A DNA stretch of 64,000 nucleotides from Gammaproteobacteria bacterium. Its GTDB lineage: Bacteria > Pseudomonadota > Gammaproteobacteria > SZUA-229. The notes beneath the pieces are model-generated. The model searched no databases and was not told the DNA's origin. It saw only the letters and a program-made list of their open reading frames with translations. The DNA lies in contig JAOUKT010000006.1 of assembly GCA_029882395.1 (NCBI GenBank), forward strand, positions 21,915 through 85,914, read 5' to 3'. This document shows positions 35,328 to 45,509 of the stretch, in pieces (position 1 is the first letter of the stretch; every line of letters starts with the position of its first letter). The position numbers were made by a program, and so were the translations under genes.

Positions 35328-35651
35328 ATGAATCTGGTAAAAGTCATCATAAGCCTGCTCATTGTTTTATTTCTGTATCTGCAGTTTAAGCTTTGGGTCG
35401 GCGATGGTGGTATTCCGGAAGTTATGCACCAGCAGCATGAGATAGATGCGACGGTTGTCAAAAAGAAAAAGCTGGAAGAAAGGAACCGTGCGCTGAGTGC
35501 AGAAGTACACGATTTAAAACAGGGCCTGGAAGCCATAGAAGAACGTGCCCGGAATGAGCTGGGCATGATAAGAAAGCATGAAACCTTTTATCAGGTTATT
35601 AAGCCGGCAGCTAAAAAATCACCTCCGATAGTGTCACCATCTGAAAAGTGA
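35328..35651 (+). CDS. ftsB: Cell division protein FtsB
   Basis: 107 aa. N-terminal TM helix plus coiled coil. Conserved position between eno and ispD. Confidence 0.85.
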   Translation: MNLVKVIISLLIVLFLYLQFKLWVGDGGIPEVMHQQHEIDATVVKKKKLEERNRALSAEVHDLKQGLEAIEERARNELGMIRKHETFYQVIKPAAKKSPPIVSPSEK

Positions 35652-35652
35652 G

Positions 35653-36417
35653 ATGCACGTGACCGATGTAATGAAAAAAAAACCAGAAGATAAAGACTCA
35701 GCTAACTACTGGGCTGTGGTACCTGCTGCGGGTGTGGGTAAGCGCATGGGCAGTGATATCCCAAAACAATACCTGACGCTGGATGATGCGATGGTTATTG
35801 AACACAGTTGCCAGCGTTTGCTTGATCACAAAAATATTAGCGGGCTTGTCGTCGCCTTAGGCGAGCATGATGCGTACTGGCCAGCTGTACAATTAAACAC
35901 GACAAAGCCTGTTATCCGGGTTAAAGGTGGTGCAGAGCGTTGCCATTCGGTGTTAAATGCACTGCAAGAGTTATCGGCAATGTCTGCCAGCGAGGAGATG
36001 GGTGTTGGCAAACATGACTGGGTTCTGGTCCACGATGCCGCCAGGCCTTGTTTGCGCCACAGTGATATTGACTTGTTAATAGCGAGGCTGCATGACCATG
36101 CTGTTGGCGGGCTGTTAGCGCTACCTGTAAGAGATACCATGAAACGTCAGGCGGCGGATCAGACGGTTGCTGAAACGGTCGACCGTAATGGCTTATGGCA
36201 TGCACTGACGCCGCAAATGTTTCCATTGGAGATGTTAAAGCAGGCCATAGATGAAGCCATAAAATCGGGTTATATGATGACCGATGAGTCATCAGCGATT
36301 GAATATATGGGCTTGCAGCCCTTGCTGCTTGAAGGCTCTGAAGATAATATTAAAATTACCCGGCCACCTGATTTAAAGCTGGCAAAAATGTACCTCAGGG
36401 CTCAGAAAAATGAATAA
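35653..36417 (+). CDS. ispD: 2-C-methyl-D-erythritol 4-phosphate cytidylyltransferase
   Basis: [22 protein letters not shown] matches the IspD P-loop. Start is either ATG 35653 or ATG 35671. Confidence 0.92.
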   Translation: MHVTDVMKKKPEDKDSANYWAVVPAAGVGKRMGSDIPKQYLTLDDAMVIEHSCQRLLDHKNISGLVVALGEHDAYWPAVQLNTTKPVIRVKGGAERCHSVLNALQELSAMSASEEMGVGKHDWVLVHDAARPCLRHSDIDLLIARLHDHAVGGLLALPVRDTMKRQAADQTVAETVDRNGLWHALTPQMFPLEMLKQAIDEAIKSGYMMTDESSAIEYMGLQPLLLEGSEDNIKITRPPDLKLAKMYLRAQKNE

Positions 36418-36904
36418 TGCTCATGCTTTTCGTATCGGTCATGGTTTTGATGTGCATGCCTTTGAGCCTGGAAATCATATTGTTATGGCCGGAGTGAGCA
36501 TACCCTATCAGCAACAATTCAAAGCTCACTCAGATGGCGATGTGTTGCTGCATGCGGTCTGCGATGCCCTTTTAGGGGCGGCTGCATTGGGCGATATTGG
36601 CCAGCATTTTCCGGATACTGATGTCCAGTATAACAACATCGATAGCCGCCAGTTATTGCGTCATGTGATCTCATTACTCACGCAGCATCATTATCAGCTT
36701 GGCAACCTCGATGTCACCATTATTGCCCAGGCACCGAAAATGTCAGCACATATCACTCGGATGAGAAATAATCTGGCCGAGGATTTTGCTGTTCCGGTTG
36801 GGCAAATTAATGTTAAAGCAACCACCACCGAACAACTGGGCTATACCGGCAGAGAAGAGGGTATCTCGGTGCATGCGGTAGCGCTGATTTTTCAGCAAAA
36901 CTAA
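36410..36904 (+). CDS. ispF: 2-C-methyl-D-erythritol 2,4-cyclodiphosphate synthase
   Basis: [18 protein letters not shown]...SDGDVLLHA. Overlaps the ispD 3' end by 8 nt. Confidence 0.95.
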   Translation: MNNAHAFRIGHGFDVHAFEPGNHIVMAGVSIPYQQQFKAHSDGDVLLHAVCDALLGAAALGDIGQHFPDTDVQYNNIDSRQLLRHVISLLTQHHYQLGNLDVTIIAQAPKMSAHITRMRNNLAEDFAVPVGQINVKATTTEQLGYTGREEGISVHAVALIFQQN

Positions 36905-36908
36905 CACC

Positions 36909-36935
36909 GCATCAGCTGATGCCGTTTATACGTCA
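36909..36935 (+). terminator. Weak candidate terminator after ispF (palindrome gcatcagctgatgc followed by a T-rich run)
   Basis: A perfect 14-nt palindrome is visible in the sequence. The downstream segment cgtttata is only moderately T-rich. Confidence 0.3.
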
Positions 36936-36941
36936 ACGTTC

Positions 36942-37532
36942 ATGATTCTTTATATCCATGGTTTTAACAGTTCAGCTTCATCGCATAAGGCGCGCCTGCT
37001 GTTTACACAGATGAAACGCCTGGGGCTTGAGAATGAGATCATCATTCCCTGCCTGTCTCCTTATCCCGATGATGCGATCTCAGAACTGAAGAAACTGGCA
37101 GAGCAGCAGCTAGCTAATAAACTGGTCTTTATAGGCAGTTCGTTGGGCGGCTATTATGCAACCTGGCTGGCAGAACATTATCAGCGTCCGGCTGTATTAA
37201 TTAATCCCGCAGTAAAGCCTTATGAACTACTACGGGATTATATCGGACACAATGTTAATCATTACACCGGAGAAGAGTATTATCTGGCTACAGAGCATAT
37301 AGCCCAGCTCAGAAGTCTTGATATCGATAAAATAAGCAAGCCTGAACGCTTCATGTTGATGTTGCAAACAGGCGATGAAGTACTCGATTATACACAGGCC
37401 CGTGATAAGTTTGCCGGCTCACAAATGATTCTTGAAACCGGAGGCGATCATGGCTTTGCCGGCTTCGAAAAGCAGTTTGATGCATTGTTAGGTTTTTGCG
37501 GCATTGATCAACCGCTTAAACATTCATATTGA
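36942..37532 (+). CDS. yqiA: Esterase YqiA family (alpha/beta hydrolase, UPF0227)
   Basis: MILYIHGFNSS...FIGSSLGGYY...GGDHGF: nucleophile elbow GSSLGG and overall YqiA/YcfP organisation. Confidence 0.8.
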   Translation: MILYIHGFNSSASSHKARLLFTQMKRLGLENEIIIPCLSPYPDDAISELKKLAEQQLANKLVFIGSSLGGYYATWLAEHYQRPAVLINPAVKPYELLRDYIGHNVNHYTGEEYYLATEHIAQLRSLDIDKISKPERFMLMLQTGDEVLDYTQARDKFAGSQMILETGGDHGFAGFEKQFDALLGFCGIDQPLKHSY

Positions 37533-37631
37533 ATTAATGATATGACTGGCATTATCATACAAATGACAGGCTTATTAGCCAATGCATTAGCAAATGTTAT
37601 AATAAGCCGCAACGCTAAAAAGGTAATTTGA

Positions 37632-38021
37632 ATGCCCGTTAAAAAAACATCCATTAATAAAGACAAACTGGACAAGGTTGTTGCTGAAGCGCTTAAAAAC
37701 AGGAAAAGCCGGGAACAAGACTATCGTGCCAAAGCATTAAAGATGTATGCCTGGATTTGTGGCCGCTGTGAACGTGAGTTTAACCGCCAGAACCTTGTTG
37801 AATTAACCGTGCATCACCGCAATCACGATCATGATGATAACCCTGAGGATGGCAGCAACTGGGAGCTATTATGTACATATTGTCACGATAACGAACACTC
37901 CCGTTTTGCTGATCTGGTCAGAGGTGATGGTTATAGTCTTCATCAGGACACACCGGTAGAAGTGGCCACGGGTAACCCATTTGCTGATTTAAAAGCAATG
38001 ATGAACAATAAAAATAAATAA
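37632..38021 (+). CDS. yajD: HNH nuclease family protein YajD
   Basis: 129 aa. CxxC...HHRNHDHDDN...CTYCHDNEH zinc/HNH motifs typical of YajD. Confidence 0.82.
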   Translation: MPVKKTSINKDKLDKVVAEALKNRKSREQDYRAKALKMYAWICGRCEREFNRQNLVELTVHHRNHDHDDNPEDGSNWELLCTYCHDNEHSRFADLVRGDGYSLHQDTPVEVATGNPFADLKAMMNNKNK

Positions 38022-38031
38022 CAGGTATTTT

Positions 38032-39078
38032 ATGACGCTTGGCCCAGTAATGATTGACTTAGCCGGTACAGAAATAACGCCAGCTGAAAGAGACATGCTT
38101 TTACACCCCAATACAGGCGGTGTCATTCTTTTCACCAGAAACTTTGAGTCGATAGAGCAGATTGAGTCGCTGACAGCAGAAATACATCAGCTGCGTGAGC
38201 CACATTTATTAATCGCGGTTGATCATGAAGGCGGGCGGGTGCAGCGTTTTCGAGAGGGTTTTACCCGATTGCCGGCGATGGCTGCTTTGGGCCATATCTA
38301 TCATCAGGATAAACAGAAAGCACGCATTTTGGCAGAAAAAACCGGCTGGCTAATGGCCGCTGAATGCTTGTCAGTCGGTATTGATTTTAGTTTTGCGCCG
38401 GTACTGGATCTTGGCCATGGTGTCAGCGGCGTTATTGGTGATCGTGCTTTTGATTCTTCGGTCGATATCATCTCAACGCTGGCGCACGAATTCATGCTGG
38501 GAATGAAGAGAGCCGGCATGGCCGCCACCGGAAAACATTTTCCCGGCCATGGTTCAGTTAAAGAAGACTCGCATGTGGCTCACCCGGTTGATCATCGTTC
38601 ACTGGCAGATATCATGATGGAAGATGCCGTTCCCTTCGAGCGCATGATCGGTTATGGCCTGGCCGCGATTATGCCGGCCCATGTTATCTACCCCCAGGTC
38701 GATGACAAAGCCGCGGGCTATTCACAGCGCTGGGTACAGCAGATTTTACGCCAGCAGCTGGGTTTTGAGGGTGTTGTTTTCAGTGATGACCTGAGCATGG
38801 AAGCGGCAGCCCCGGCCGGCAGTTATGTAGACAGAGCGAAACAGGCACTGAATGCTGGCTGTGATATGGTATTGGTGTGCAATCACACTCAAGAAGCTAA
38901 AGAAGTGCTCGAAGGTATCGGTGACTATAACAATATGGCCTCGGCGATAAGGCTTGTACGTATGCATGGTCATGTAAAGTTCAAGCGCCATGAATTACAA
39001 AATACGCAGGAGTGGCAGCATACTGTGGAACTAATCAAACCATTGGCCGATTCCCCTGAACGGGAACTGGGTGTATAA
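38032..39078 (+). CDS. nagZ: Beta-N-acetylhexosaminidase NagZ (GH3, peptidoglycan recycling)
   Basis: 348 aa with GH3 motifs (DHEGGRVQRF, KHFPGHG, FSDDLSMEAA). Confidence 0.92.
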   Translation: MTLGPVMIDLAGTEITPAERDMLLHPNTGGVILFTRNFESIEQIESLTAEIHQLREPHLLIAVDHEGGRVQRFREGFTRLPAMAALGHIYHQDKQKARILAEKTGWLMAAECLSVGIDFSFAPVLDLGHGVSGVIGDRAFDSSVDIISTLAHEFMLGMKRAGMAATGKHFPGHGSVKEDSHVAHPVDHRSLADIMMEDAVPFERMIGYGLAAIMPAHVIYPQVDDKAAGYSQRWVQQILRQQLGFEGVVFSDDLSMEAAAPAGSYVDRAKQALNAGCDMVLVCNHTQEAKEVLEGIGDYNNMASAIRLVRMHGHVKFKRHELQNTQEWQHTVELIKPLADSPERELGV

Positions 39079-39081
39079 AAA

Positions 39082-40179
39082 ATGAATGAGTTATGGAGTA
39101 ATGTCTTATCCTGGACGGTTACAAAAGACACCTGGGTGATATATGTTTTTGTGATTGTTTTGGTGACATTAACGACCAACTTTCTACAGAAACGTTTTCT
39201 AAATAAACTGCACCTGCGGCTGCTGAAAACCAATAACCCGTGGGATGATGCCTTCCTGTTGGCAGCACAAAAGCCTTTAAGCTGGATGATATGGCTGCTG
39301 GGTTTGATTCTTGCTGTTGATGTTATTCAATATGAGAATAAAGCCCCTATCTTTGAGTTAGTTGAACCGATGCAATATGTCGGAGTGATTTTAATCCTGA
39401 CACTATTTCTGCTTAGGCTGACCCGGCAGGTTGAAGCGGTATTCAAACGCAGCGAAGACGAGCAGGGAAAAAATAAATATGAAACCGCGACTGTCGAAGC
39501 GGTGAGTAAATTATTACGGGCCTCAGCCATTATTACCGGCAGTCTGGTTGCTCTGCAAACACTTGGCTTCAGTATTTCCGGCGTACTTGCCTTTGGCGGC
39601 ATCGGTGGTGTGGCTATCGGTTTTGCGGCCAAGGACTTACTGGCTAATTTTTTTGGCGGCCTGATTATTTATCTTGATAGGCCCTTTACAATCGGCGACT
39701 GGATTCGCTCTAATGACCGCAACATTGAAGGCACGGTTGAAAATATTGGCTGGCGTCTTACAACCATAAGAACCTTTGACAAAAGGCCGCTCTATGTACC
39801 TAATTCTATTTTCTCAAATATTGCGGTAGAAAATCCGTCGAGAATGTCTAATCGTCGCATCTATGAGACAGTCGGAATCCGCTACGATGATGCGAAAAGA
39901 ATGCCGCTCATTATTGATGATGTCAGAAAAATGCTTGAGCAGCACAGCGAGATCGATAATACACAAACCTTAATTGTAAATTTTAACCAGTTCGCACCCT
40001 CGTCGCTGGATTTTTTCATTTACACCTTTACTAAAACCACGGAATGGGTGCGTTTTCACCAGATTAAACAGGATGTGCTGTTAAAAATACTTGAAATTGT
40101 TGAGCACCGCGGTGCGGAAGTGGCTTTCCCGACCTCAACCATTCATCTGGACACACAAAACACAGAGCCAATGCTGTAA
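39082..40179 (+). CDS. Mechanosensitive ion channel, MscS family
   Basis: 365 aa. N-terminal TM helices, a pore-lining helix (GIGGVAIGFAAKDLLANFFGG) and an MscS beta-domain. Confidence 0.88.
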   Translation: MNELWSNVLSWTVTKDTWVIYVFVIVLVTLTTNFLQKRFLNKLHLRLLKTNNPWDDAFLLAAQKPLSWMIWLLGLILAVDVIQYENKAPIFELVEPMQYVGVILILTLFLLRLTRQVEAVFKRSEDEQGKNKYETATVEAVSKLLRASAIITGSLVALQTLGFSISGVLAFGGIGGVAIGFAAKDLLANFFGGLIIYLDRPFTIGDWIRSNDRNIEGTVENIGWRLTTIRTFDKRPLYVPNSIFSNIAVENPSRMSNRRIYETVGIRYDDAKRMPLIIDDVRKMLEQHSEIDNTQTLIVNFNQFAPSSLDFFIYTFTKTTEWVRFHQIKQDVLLKILEIVEHRGAEVAFPTSTIHLDTQNTEPML

Positions 40180-40205
40180 ATAATAATGATAACCGGAGAA
40201 CTGCT

Positions 40206-40574
40206 ATGGCGGATAAACTGATTCTTGTGCTCGTAAATACCAACCCGGCCAATCCTATGGAGTTAGGCCCGCCGTTTTTTCAGGCTACGGTGGCTGCTGC
40301 TATGGAATACGATGTGGAAGTGATTTTCACTGGTCGAACCTGTGAACTCGCACTAAACGGGTTTTCTGAAAAAATAATTATTCCCGGGCAAAAGGAAAAA
40401 ACACTTTACGACATTATTAAAGATGCTCATGCCGCCGGCGTTTCGTTCAAAGTCTGTACGCCCACGCTGGAAATATGGGGCAATGATTTCATTAAAGAAG
40501 TGGATGAAACAGTTGGCGGCGCCTATGTAATCGGTGAAGCAATGGATGATTCTACCGTAACCTTTACCTATTAA
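40206..40574 (+). CDS. DsrE/DsrF/TusD-like family protein
   Basis: 122 aa. Its size, the N-terminal LILVLVNTNP segment and the later C residues fit the DsrE-like fold. Function unknown. Confidence 0.55.
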   Translation: MADKLILVLVNTNPANPMELGPPFFQATVAAAMEYDVEVIFTGRTCELALNGFSEKIIIPGQKEKTLYDIIKDAHAAGVSFKVCTPTLEIWGNDFIKEVDETVGGAYVIGEAMDDSTVTFTY

Positions 40575-40593
40575 GTCGGGCCTTTCTGAATTT

Positions 40594-41148
40594 ATGCTTT
40601 TAAATGAATTAAACAAATGTCTGCGTCAGGCCGAACTTGTTTTCAGTGACGCTCAAATTAAACAGGCACTCGCTGAGCAAGCCAGAAAAATTAACCTTTT
40701 TCTGCAGACGATAGCCGAAGATAGTGAGGCGCCTGTTATGCTGCCTGTCATGAACGGGGGCTTGATCTATGCCGGCCAGTTATTGCCATTAATTACAACA
40801 CCAGTCGTTATTGATTATATTCATGCTACCCGTTACAGAAATACAACCGCTGGTTTTGAACTGGAGTGGAAGGTCTATCCGCAGACTGATCTGAAAAATA
40901 AAGTCGTCATTGTGCTGGATGATATTCTGGATGAGGGGCATACGCTAGATGCTATTGTGAACTTTTGTAAGGAGCAGGGTGCTGCCAGCGTTCGTTCATC
41001 TGTTTTGGTTACCAAGCAGCACACTCGGCGGAATAAGAATATTGTAGCGGATTTTAGTGCTCTGGATGTGCCTGACCGTTATGTATTTGGATACGGTATG
41101 GATTATAAAGGCCATTTAAGAAACCTCAATGGCATCTATTCTATCTGA
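40594..41148 (+). CDS. Hypoxanthine/guanine phosphoribosyltransferase-like type I PRTase
   Basis: 184 aa. PRPP-binding motif VVIVLDDILDEGHTL and C-terminal FGYGMDYKGHLRNL resemble Hpt. Confidence 0.75.
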   Translation: MLLNELNKCLRQAELVFSDAQIKQALAEQARKINLFLQTIAEDSEAPVMLPVMNGGLIYAGQLLPLITTPVVIDYIHATRYRNTTAGFELEWKVYPQTDLKNKVVIVLDDILDEGHTLDAIVNFCKEQGAASVRSSVLVTKQHTRRNKNIVADFSALDVPDRYVFGYGMDYKGHLRNLNGIYSI

Positions 41149-41152
41149 CGGC

Positions 41153-42148
41153 TTATTTTATTTTCAGCTTTTTTATTTCTTCTGAATTTGTCGTATTAAC
41201 AAAAACTGTGCCGTTATTTACCAGTGGGATTCTGCTGAGTTTATCAAGATTGCCATCATGGATTAAATTATCGAGATGGCACATGTTTGTCTCCAGGGTG
41301 TCAATATAATGATTGCTATCACCAAAGTGCTGTTCGGCATACTGATAAACGCCGTTAAACAGGTCATTGAGCCGGCTGTTTATTTCCAGATGATAAAATG
41401 CGGGCGTCTTCTCAAGTAAATTGTTGCCGGATGAGTACAGTAAGGTCGTAGTGCCGTCATCCTGACGTGTTTCGGCGACATTTCCAAGCACAAATTCGGG
41501 GTAAAGTCGGTCGCGACATTTTTCCAGATAACAGCGATCAGACATTTGTGCAATTAAGTCGGCGGAGCCGAGCATGTGACCAATAGTATGAAGTTTTTTG
41601 TCGGGTAATTTAATATCTGAAGGCTTAATTTCGTAGCCGGTATAGTGAACTATGTTCTTTGCAATATCAACGTAGCCATTCAGGCCTATCATGGGCAGGT
41701 AGTTTGATAAAAACCGGGCGCTTCTTGTAATATGGACTTTAGTATAAACAGAGCCATTAATCGTCGGGTCGTCCGTTTCGCGAATATAACCGGAATCATG
41801 GTAGAGTGCAGTGATCAGGCCGATGACAACATAGTCTGCACTGAGTTGATCTTCTTTTTTATGCAGCTGTTGATAGCCTTCAATCAGGCGAGCAAGCGCT
41901 AAGGTCATATCAAGCGTATGTTGCTTGTCATGGTAAAAGGTATCACAGGCCTGGTAGCCTTCAAACTCACCTTCAAACAGTCTTTCAAAGTCTTCAAAGC
42001 TTTGCTGTACCGGTGAGAATTTCTCTGCTGCATAAAGGCTGCAAAAAATTTCGCGCACGCTTAAACAGACACTGTTTGCCGATGTCACTTTGACGCTGTT
42101 GGTAACATCGTAGTCTTTGCGCCGTTTTTCCTGAAGCATATCTGTCAT
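41153..42148 (-). CDS. HD-domain metal-dependent phosphohydrolase, hypothetical (downstream of the CHASE2 cyclase)
   Basis: H...HD...D pattern (YHDKQHTLDMT ... LITALYHDSGY ... D). The ATG at 42148 lies one codon inside the track's GTG start. No GYP motif, so it is not an HD-GYP protein. Confidence 0.65.
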   Translation of the reverse strand: MTDMLQEKRRKDYDVTNSVKVTSANSVCLSVREIFCSLYAAEKFSPVQQSFEDFERLFEGEFEGYQACDTFYHDKQHTLDMTLALARLIEGYQQLHKKEDQLSADYVVIGLITALYHDSGYIRETDDPTINGSVYTKVHITRSARFLSNYLPMIGLNGYVDIAKNIVHYTGYEIKPSDIKLPDKKLHTIGHMLGSADLIAQMSDRCYLEKCRDRLYPEFVLGNVAETRQDDGTTTLLYSSGNNLLEKTPAFYHLEINSRLNDLFNGVYQYAEQHFGDSNHYIDTLETNMCHLDNLIHDGNLDKLSRIPLVNNGTVFVNTTNSEEIKKLKIK

Positions 42149-42252
42149 CACGTTGTTATTGGCCTGAATTATATTTATAGCATAAAGTTAGCTGACAGCA
42201 AGCCAGAAGCGCCTGAGAGAACAGTTTGTGACCCTTCTTTCCCGGCTTATAA

Positions 42253-44463
42253 TTATTTACTGGTGTGGGTAAAAGCACCGTCCCAGTTCTGCTTCGGAGG
42301 GTTGTCCGTATATACCTGAATTCTATCGAGGTATATTTGATAGATTGCTCGCTCAGGGTGCTGTTGTGTCAGTGCTGTAAATAACTGATCGGCCAGTGTC
42401 CATTGCTGGGACAGAAAGCTATCTATTGCTTGCCGGTGCTGTTTTAACTCTGAGAATGTTTCTGCTGAGATTTCCGTGTTTAAGCCCAGTGGTTCATAGA
42501 TGGTCACAGGCTGGTCTTTGCCTTTGACCCTGACCTTATCCAGAAAACGGTATTCAAATTCAGGTACCAGGTCTTTGGTGTATTCACTGACGATGATATC
42601 AACGCCATAGTTCTTTGTCAGGCCTTCAAGTCTGGAGCCAAGGTTGACGGTATCACCGAGCACCGTATACGCCATACGAAACTCTGAGCCCATATTGCCA
42701 ACATTCATTGGTCCACTGTTAATACCGACACCAATTTTAATTTCAGGCCAGTTCTTTTCCCTGAATGATGCGCTCAGCGTCTTCATTTCTTCGATCATCT
42801 CCATGCCGGCGATGAGCGTGTGTCGGGCGTGTTCTTCATCTGTTAACGGTGCGCCCCAGAAGGCCATAATGGCATCACCCATGTATTTATCAATAGTGCC
42901 GCGATTCTGATGAATAATGCGGGTCATCGGCGTCAGAAAGCCATTAATAAACCGTGTCAGTTCTTTAGGGTTGAGGTTTTCAGAAATGGTAGTGAAGCTA
43001 CGCACATCACTAAAAAGCACTGACATTTCGCGTGTTTCACCGTCTAGTGATAGTTCTTCAGGATAATGACTCAGTTCATCGACCAGTTCTGGCGGTACAT
43101 ACTGGCCAAATAAACGGGTAATCTGTCTTTTGTTATGTGATTCGGCAAAAAAGCCATAAGACATATGAAAACCAAACAGAGCAATGACTAATAACAGGGA
43201 ATTGGTGAGAGGCAGTACCAGATTTAATGATTGCCATGCATACAGGTTGCCCGCTATTAAAAGCGCAATTATGATCAAGGCCGTGAGACTGGTATAAAAG
43301 GGGGACAGTCTGGGGAAAATAAGAGATAAAAAGATGCCTAAAGCTAATAAAAGCAAAAACTCCAGTGCAAAAGTATACGAGGCTTGCTGCTTTATTCGGT
43401 TTTCAATCATGCCAGAGATTATATTGGCATGCACTTCTACTCCGGGGTAACCGGTTTCTAAAGGTGTTGTTCTTAAATCTTTTAAGCCAGCTGCAGAAGT
43501 ACCGAAAATGACAATCGCATCTTTGAGCGTTTCTATAGGCGCTGTTTTTTGCAACACATCAAAAGCAGAAATATAAGGAAAGCTTTTCCAGTAGCCTCGA
43601 TAAGGCACCAGAATATTTGTTTCCTGGTCGACCGGGATTACATAGTCGCCGACTTTAATAGCGTCAATTAAGACTTCTTCATCGTCACTGGCCTCAGCCT
43701 GAATCTGAATTGCGGGTGAGCCGATGGCGGCGCGAAACAGACCAAAAGCGAGAGACTCATAAATTTTTCCCTGATGCTGTTGCAACAGTGGCACGCGCCG
43801 GAAAACCCCGTCGTTATCATAGGCTATGCTCGGGTTATCAATAAAGCCACCAGAAAAGGCCTGGTTTTGTAATACGGGTAAATTAGCAACATAAGCTTTC
43901 TGCTCTATCAGGCGCAGTTTATTTTGCCGTTGCGGCGGCAGATGCAGTGCCGGTTGAGGCAGGCTTGTTGTTGATGGGTTATTTTCATCAATGAACGCAA
44001 AGCCAAGAATTGTTTTACGGTCTTTTAAGCTGTTCGAAAAGGCTTTGTCGTGATCCAGAGTAGGTAATATTTTATTGTATTGCTGGAGAAACTGTTTGTT
44101 TTGTTTTAACGGCCCGCTCGCCAGTTGGCTAAATACTTTGAGGCTGCTATCAACATCAGCTTCTGCGAAGATAATATCAAAACCGAGCGTATTAATTTTA
44201 TAATGTTCAAACAAAGTATCAACGATATTGGCCAGTATATTTCTATCCCAGGGCCATTGACCCAGCTGGGCCAGACTTTTTTCATCGATATCAAGTATCA
44301 CTACGTTGCTGTCAACCGTATACGGAGCGGTGTATTTTAAGCGGGCATCGTATGTGAAATTTTCGATTCGATCGAATAATGGCAGGTTAAACTCACCGAT
44401 TGGTTGAGCTAAAAAAAGCAGGATAATCGATGCGCTGAGAAGGGATCTAATATTTTTTTGCAT
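42253..44463 (-). CDS. CHASE2-sensor class III adenylate/guanylate cyclase
   Basis: 736 aa. N-terminal TM, then a CHASE2 region (LAQLGQWPWDRNILANIV), then a TM cluster, then a class III cyclase domain (VLFSDVRSFTTISE...GDAIMAFWGAP...NVGNMGSEFRMAYTVLGDTVNLGSRLE). Confidence 0.88.
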   Translation of the reverse strand: MQKNIRSLLSASIILLFLAQPIGEFNLPLFDRIENFTYDARLKYTAPYTVDSNVVILDIDEKSLAQLGQWPWDRNILANIVDTLFEHYKINTLGFDIIFAEADVDSSLKVFSQLASGPLKQNKQFLQQYNKILPTLDHDKAFSNSLKDRKTILGFAFIDENNPSTTSLPQPALHLPPQRQNKLRLIEQKAYVANLPVLQNQAFSGGFIDNPSIAYDNDGVFRRVPLLQQHQGKIYESLAFGLFRAAIGSPAIQIQAEASDDEEVLIDAIKVGDYVIPVDQETNILVPYRGYWKSFPYISAFDVLQKTAPIETLKDAIVIFGTSAAGLKDLRTTPLETGYPGVEVHANIISGMIENRIKQQASYTFALEFLLLLALGIFLSLIFPRLSPFYTSLTALIIIALLIAGNLYAWQSLNLVLPLTNSLLLVIALFGFHMSYGFFAESHNKRQITRLFGQYVPPELVDELSHYPEELSLDGETREMSVLFSDVRSFTTISENLNPKELTRFINGFLTPMTRIIHQNRGTIDKYMGDAIMAFWGAPLTDEEHARHTLIAGMEMIEEMKTLSASFREKNWPEIKIGVGINSGPMNVGNMGSEFRMAYTVLGDTVNLGSRLEGLTKNYGVDIIVSEYTKDLVPEFEYRFLDKVRVKGKDQPVTIYEPLGLNTEISAETFSELKQHRQAIDSFLSQQWTLADQLFTALTQQHPERAIYQIYLDRIQVYTDNPPKQNWDGAFTHTSK

Positions 44464-44687
44464 AATCCTTATTTGATCTATCCTGTTGATTTGTTATTAA
44501 TTATCATTAAAACCATAGCAAAATTATCATCAAAACGCCAAATATTAACGGCTATTTAGTCCTAATAGGCCATAAATAATGAATTTGATGTGAAATGTTA
44601 TTGTTTCGATCAATTTTCTGCATTAATATCCCATTTTATCTAATCAGTCCTGATTATTTTCCGTACACAATTGAAATTATGGTGCTT

Positions 44688-45434
44688 ATGTCTCAGCCGA
44701 TTTACCTTGGTATTAATATTGACCACGTTGCAACCCTAAGGCAGGCCAGGGGCACAGCTTACCCAGATCCTGTGCATGCGGCATTACAGGCTGAAATGGC
44801 CGGAGCCGATAGCATTACCATGCATTTACGCGAAGACAGGCGTCATATTCAGGACGCTGATGTCTATCGTATGAAATCGGCTATCCAGACAAAACTGAAC
44901 CTTGAAATGGCCGTCACAGATGAAATGATAGCGATTGCTTCAAAGGTGCAGCCTGAGGATTGTTGCCTGGTACCTGAAAAAAGACAGGAGTTGACCACAG
45001 AAGGCGGACTTGATGTGCTGGCTCAGGAAGAAAAAATAAAAGCGGCCTGCGCTCAGTTAGCTGCAGCGGGTATTCGTGTCTCGCTGTTTATAGATGCCGA
45101 CAAATCACAGGTTGATGCGGCAAAAAGATGCGCGGCTCCAGTGATAGAAATTCACACCGGGCATTATGCAGAAATCGACAATGCAGAATTAAAGAAAAAA
45201 GAACTGCAAAGAATAAGAACTATTTCTGAATATGCAAACGCCATTGGTCTTCAGGTCAACGCCGGCCATGGTTTAACGGTTCACAATGTGGGCGAGATTG
45301 CAGCCATAACTGAAATTGTAGAATTAAATATCGGCCATGCCATTATTTCTGATGCCGTGTTCATGGGCATGCCTGAAGCGATCAGGCTGATGCGATCTAA
45401 AATGATGGAGAGAAGGCAGTGTTCTGTCTGTTAG
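44688..45434 (+). CDS. pdxJ: Pyridoxine 5'-phosphate synthase
   Basis: [22 protein letters not shown]...HLREDRRHI is the canonical PdxJ N-terminus. The track start at 44595 is an upstream in-frame extension. Confidence 0.95.
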   Translation: MSQPIYLGINIDHVATLRQARGTAYPDPVHAALQAEMAGADSITMHLREDRRHIQDADVYRMKSAIQTKLNLEMAVTDEMIAIASKVQPEDCCLVPEKRQELTTEGGLDVLAQEEKIKAACAQLAAAGIRVSLFIDADKSQVDAAKRCAAPVIEIHTGHYAEIDNAELKKKELQRIRTISEYANAIGLQVNAGHGLTVHNVGEIAAITEIVELNIGHAIISDAVFMGMPEAIRLMRSKMMERRQCSVC

Positions 45435-45509
45435 AGTCTAAAATAACGCTTTTTGTCAGTTAAGGATTATATTCGTCGGTATTGTTTAGCCGGGTTTTCA
45501 ATCGATAGA

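Noticed and set aside
41153-44463. Possibility that the cyclase + HD pair is a Pycsar/CBASS-like antiphage cyclic-nucleotide system
   Set aside because: The cyclase has a CHASE2 sensor and multiple TM helices, the typical architecture of an environmental signalling cyclase. The neighbour lacks a cNMP-binding or effector (TIR, TM-pore, nuclease) domain. No CD-NTase or Cap genes are nearby. I kept it as a signalling pair only.
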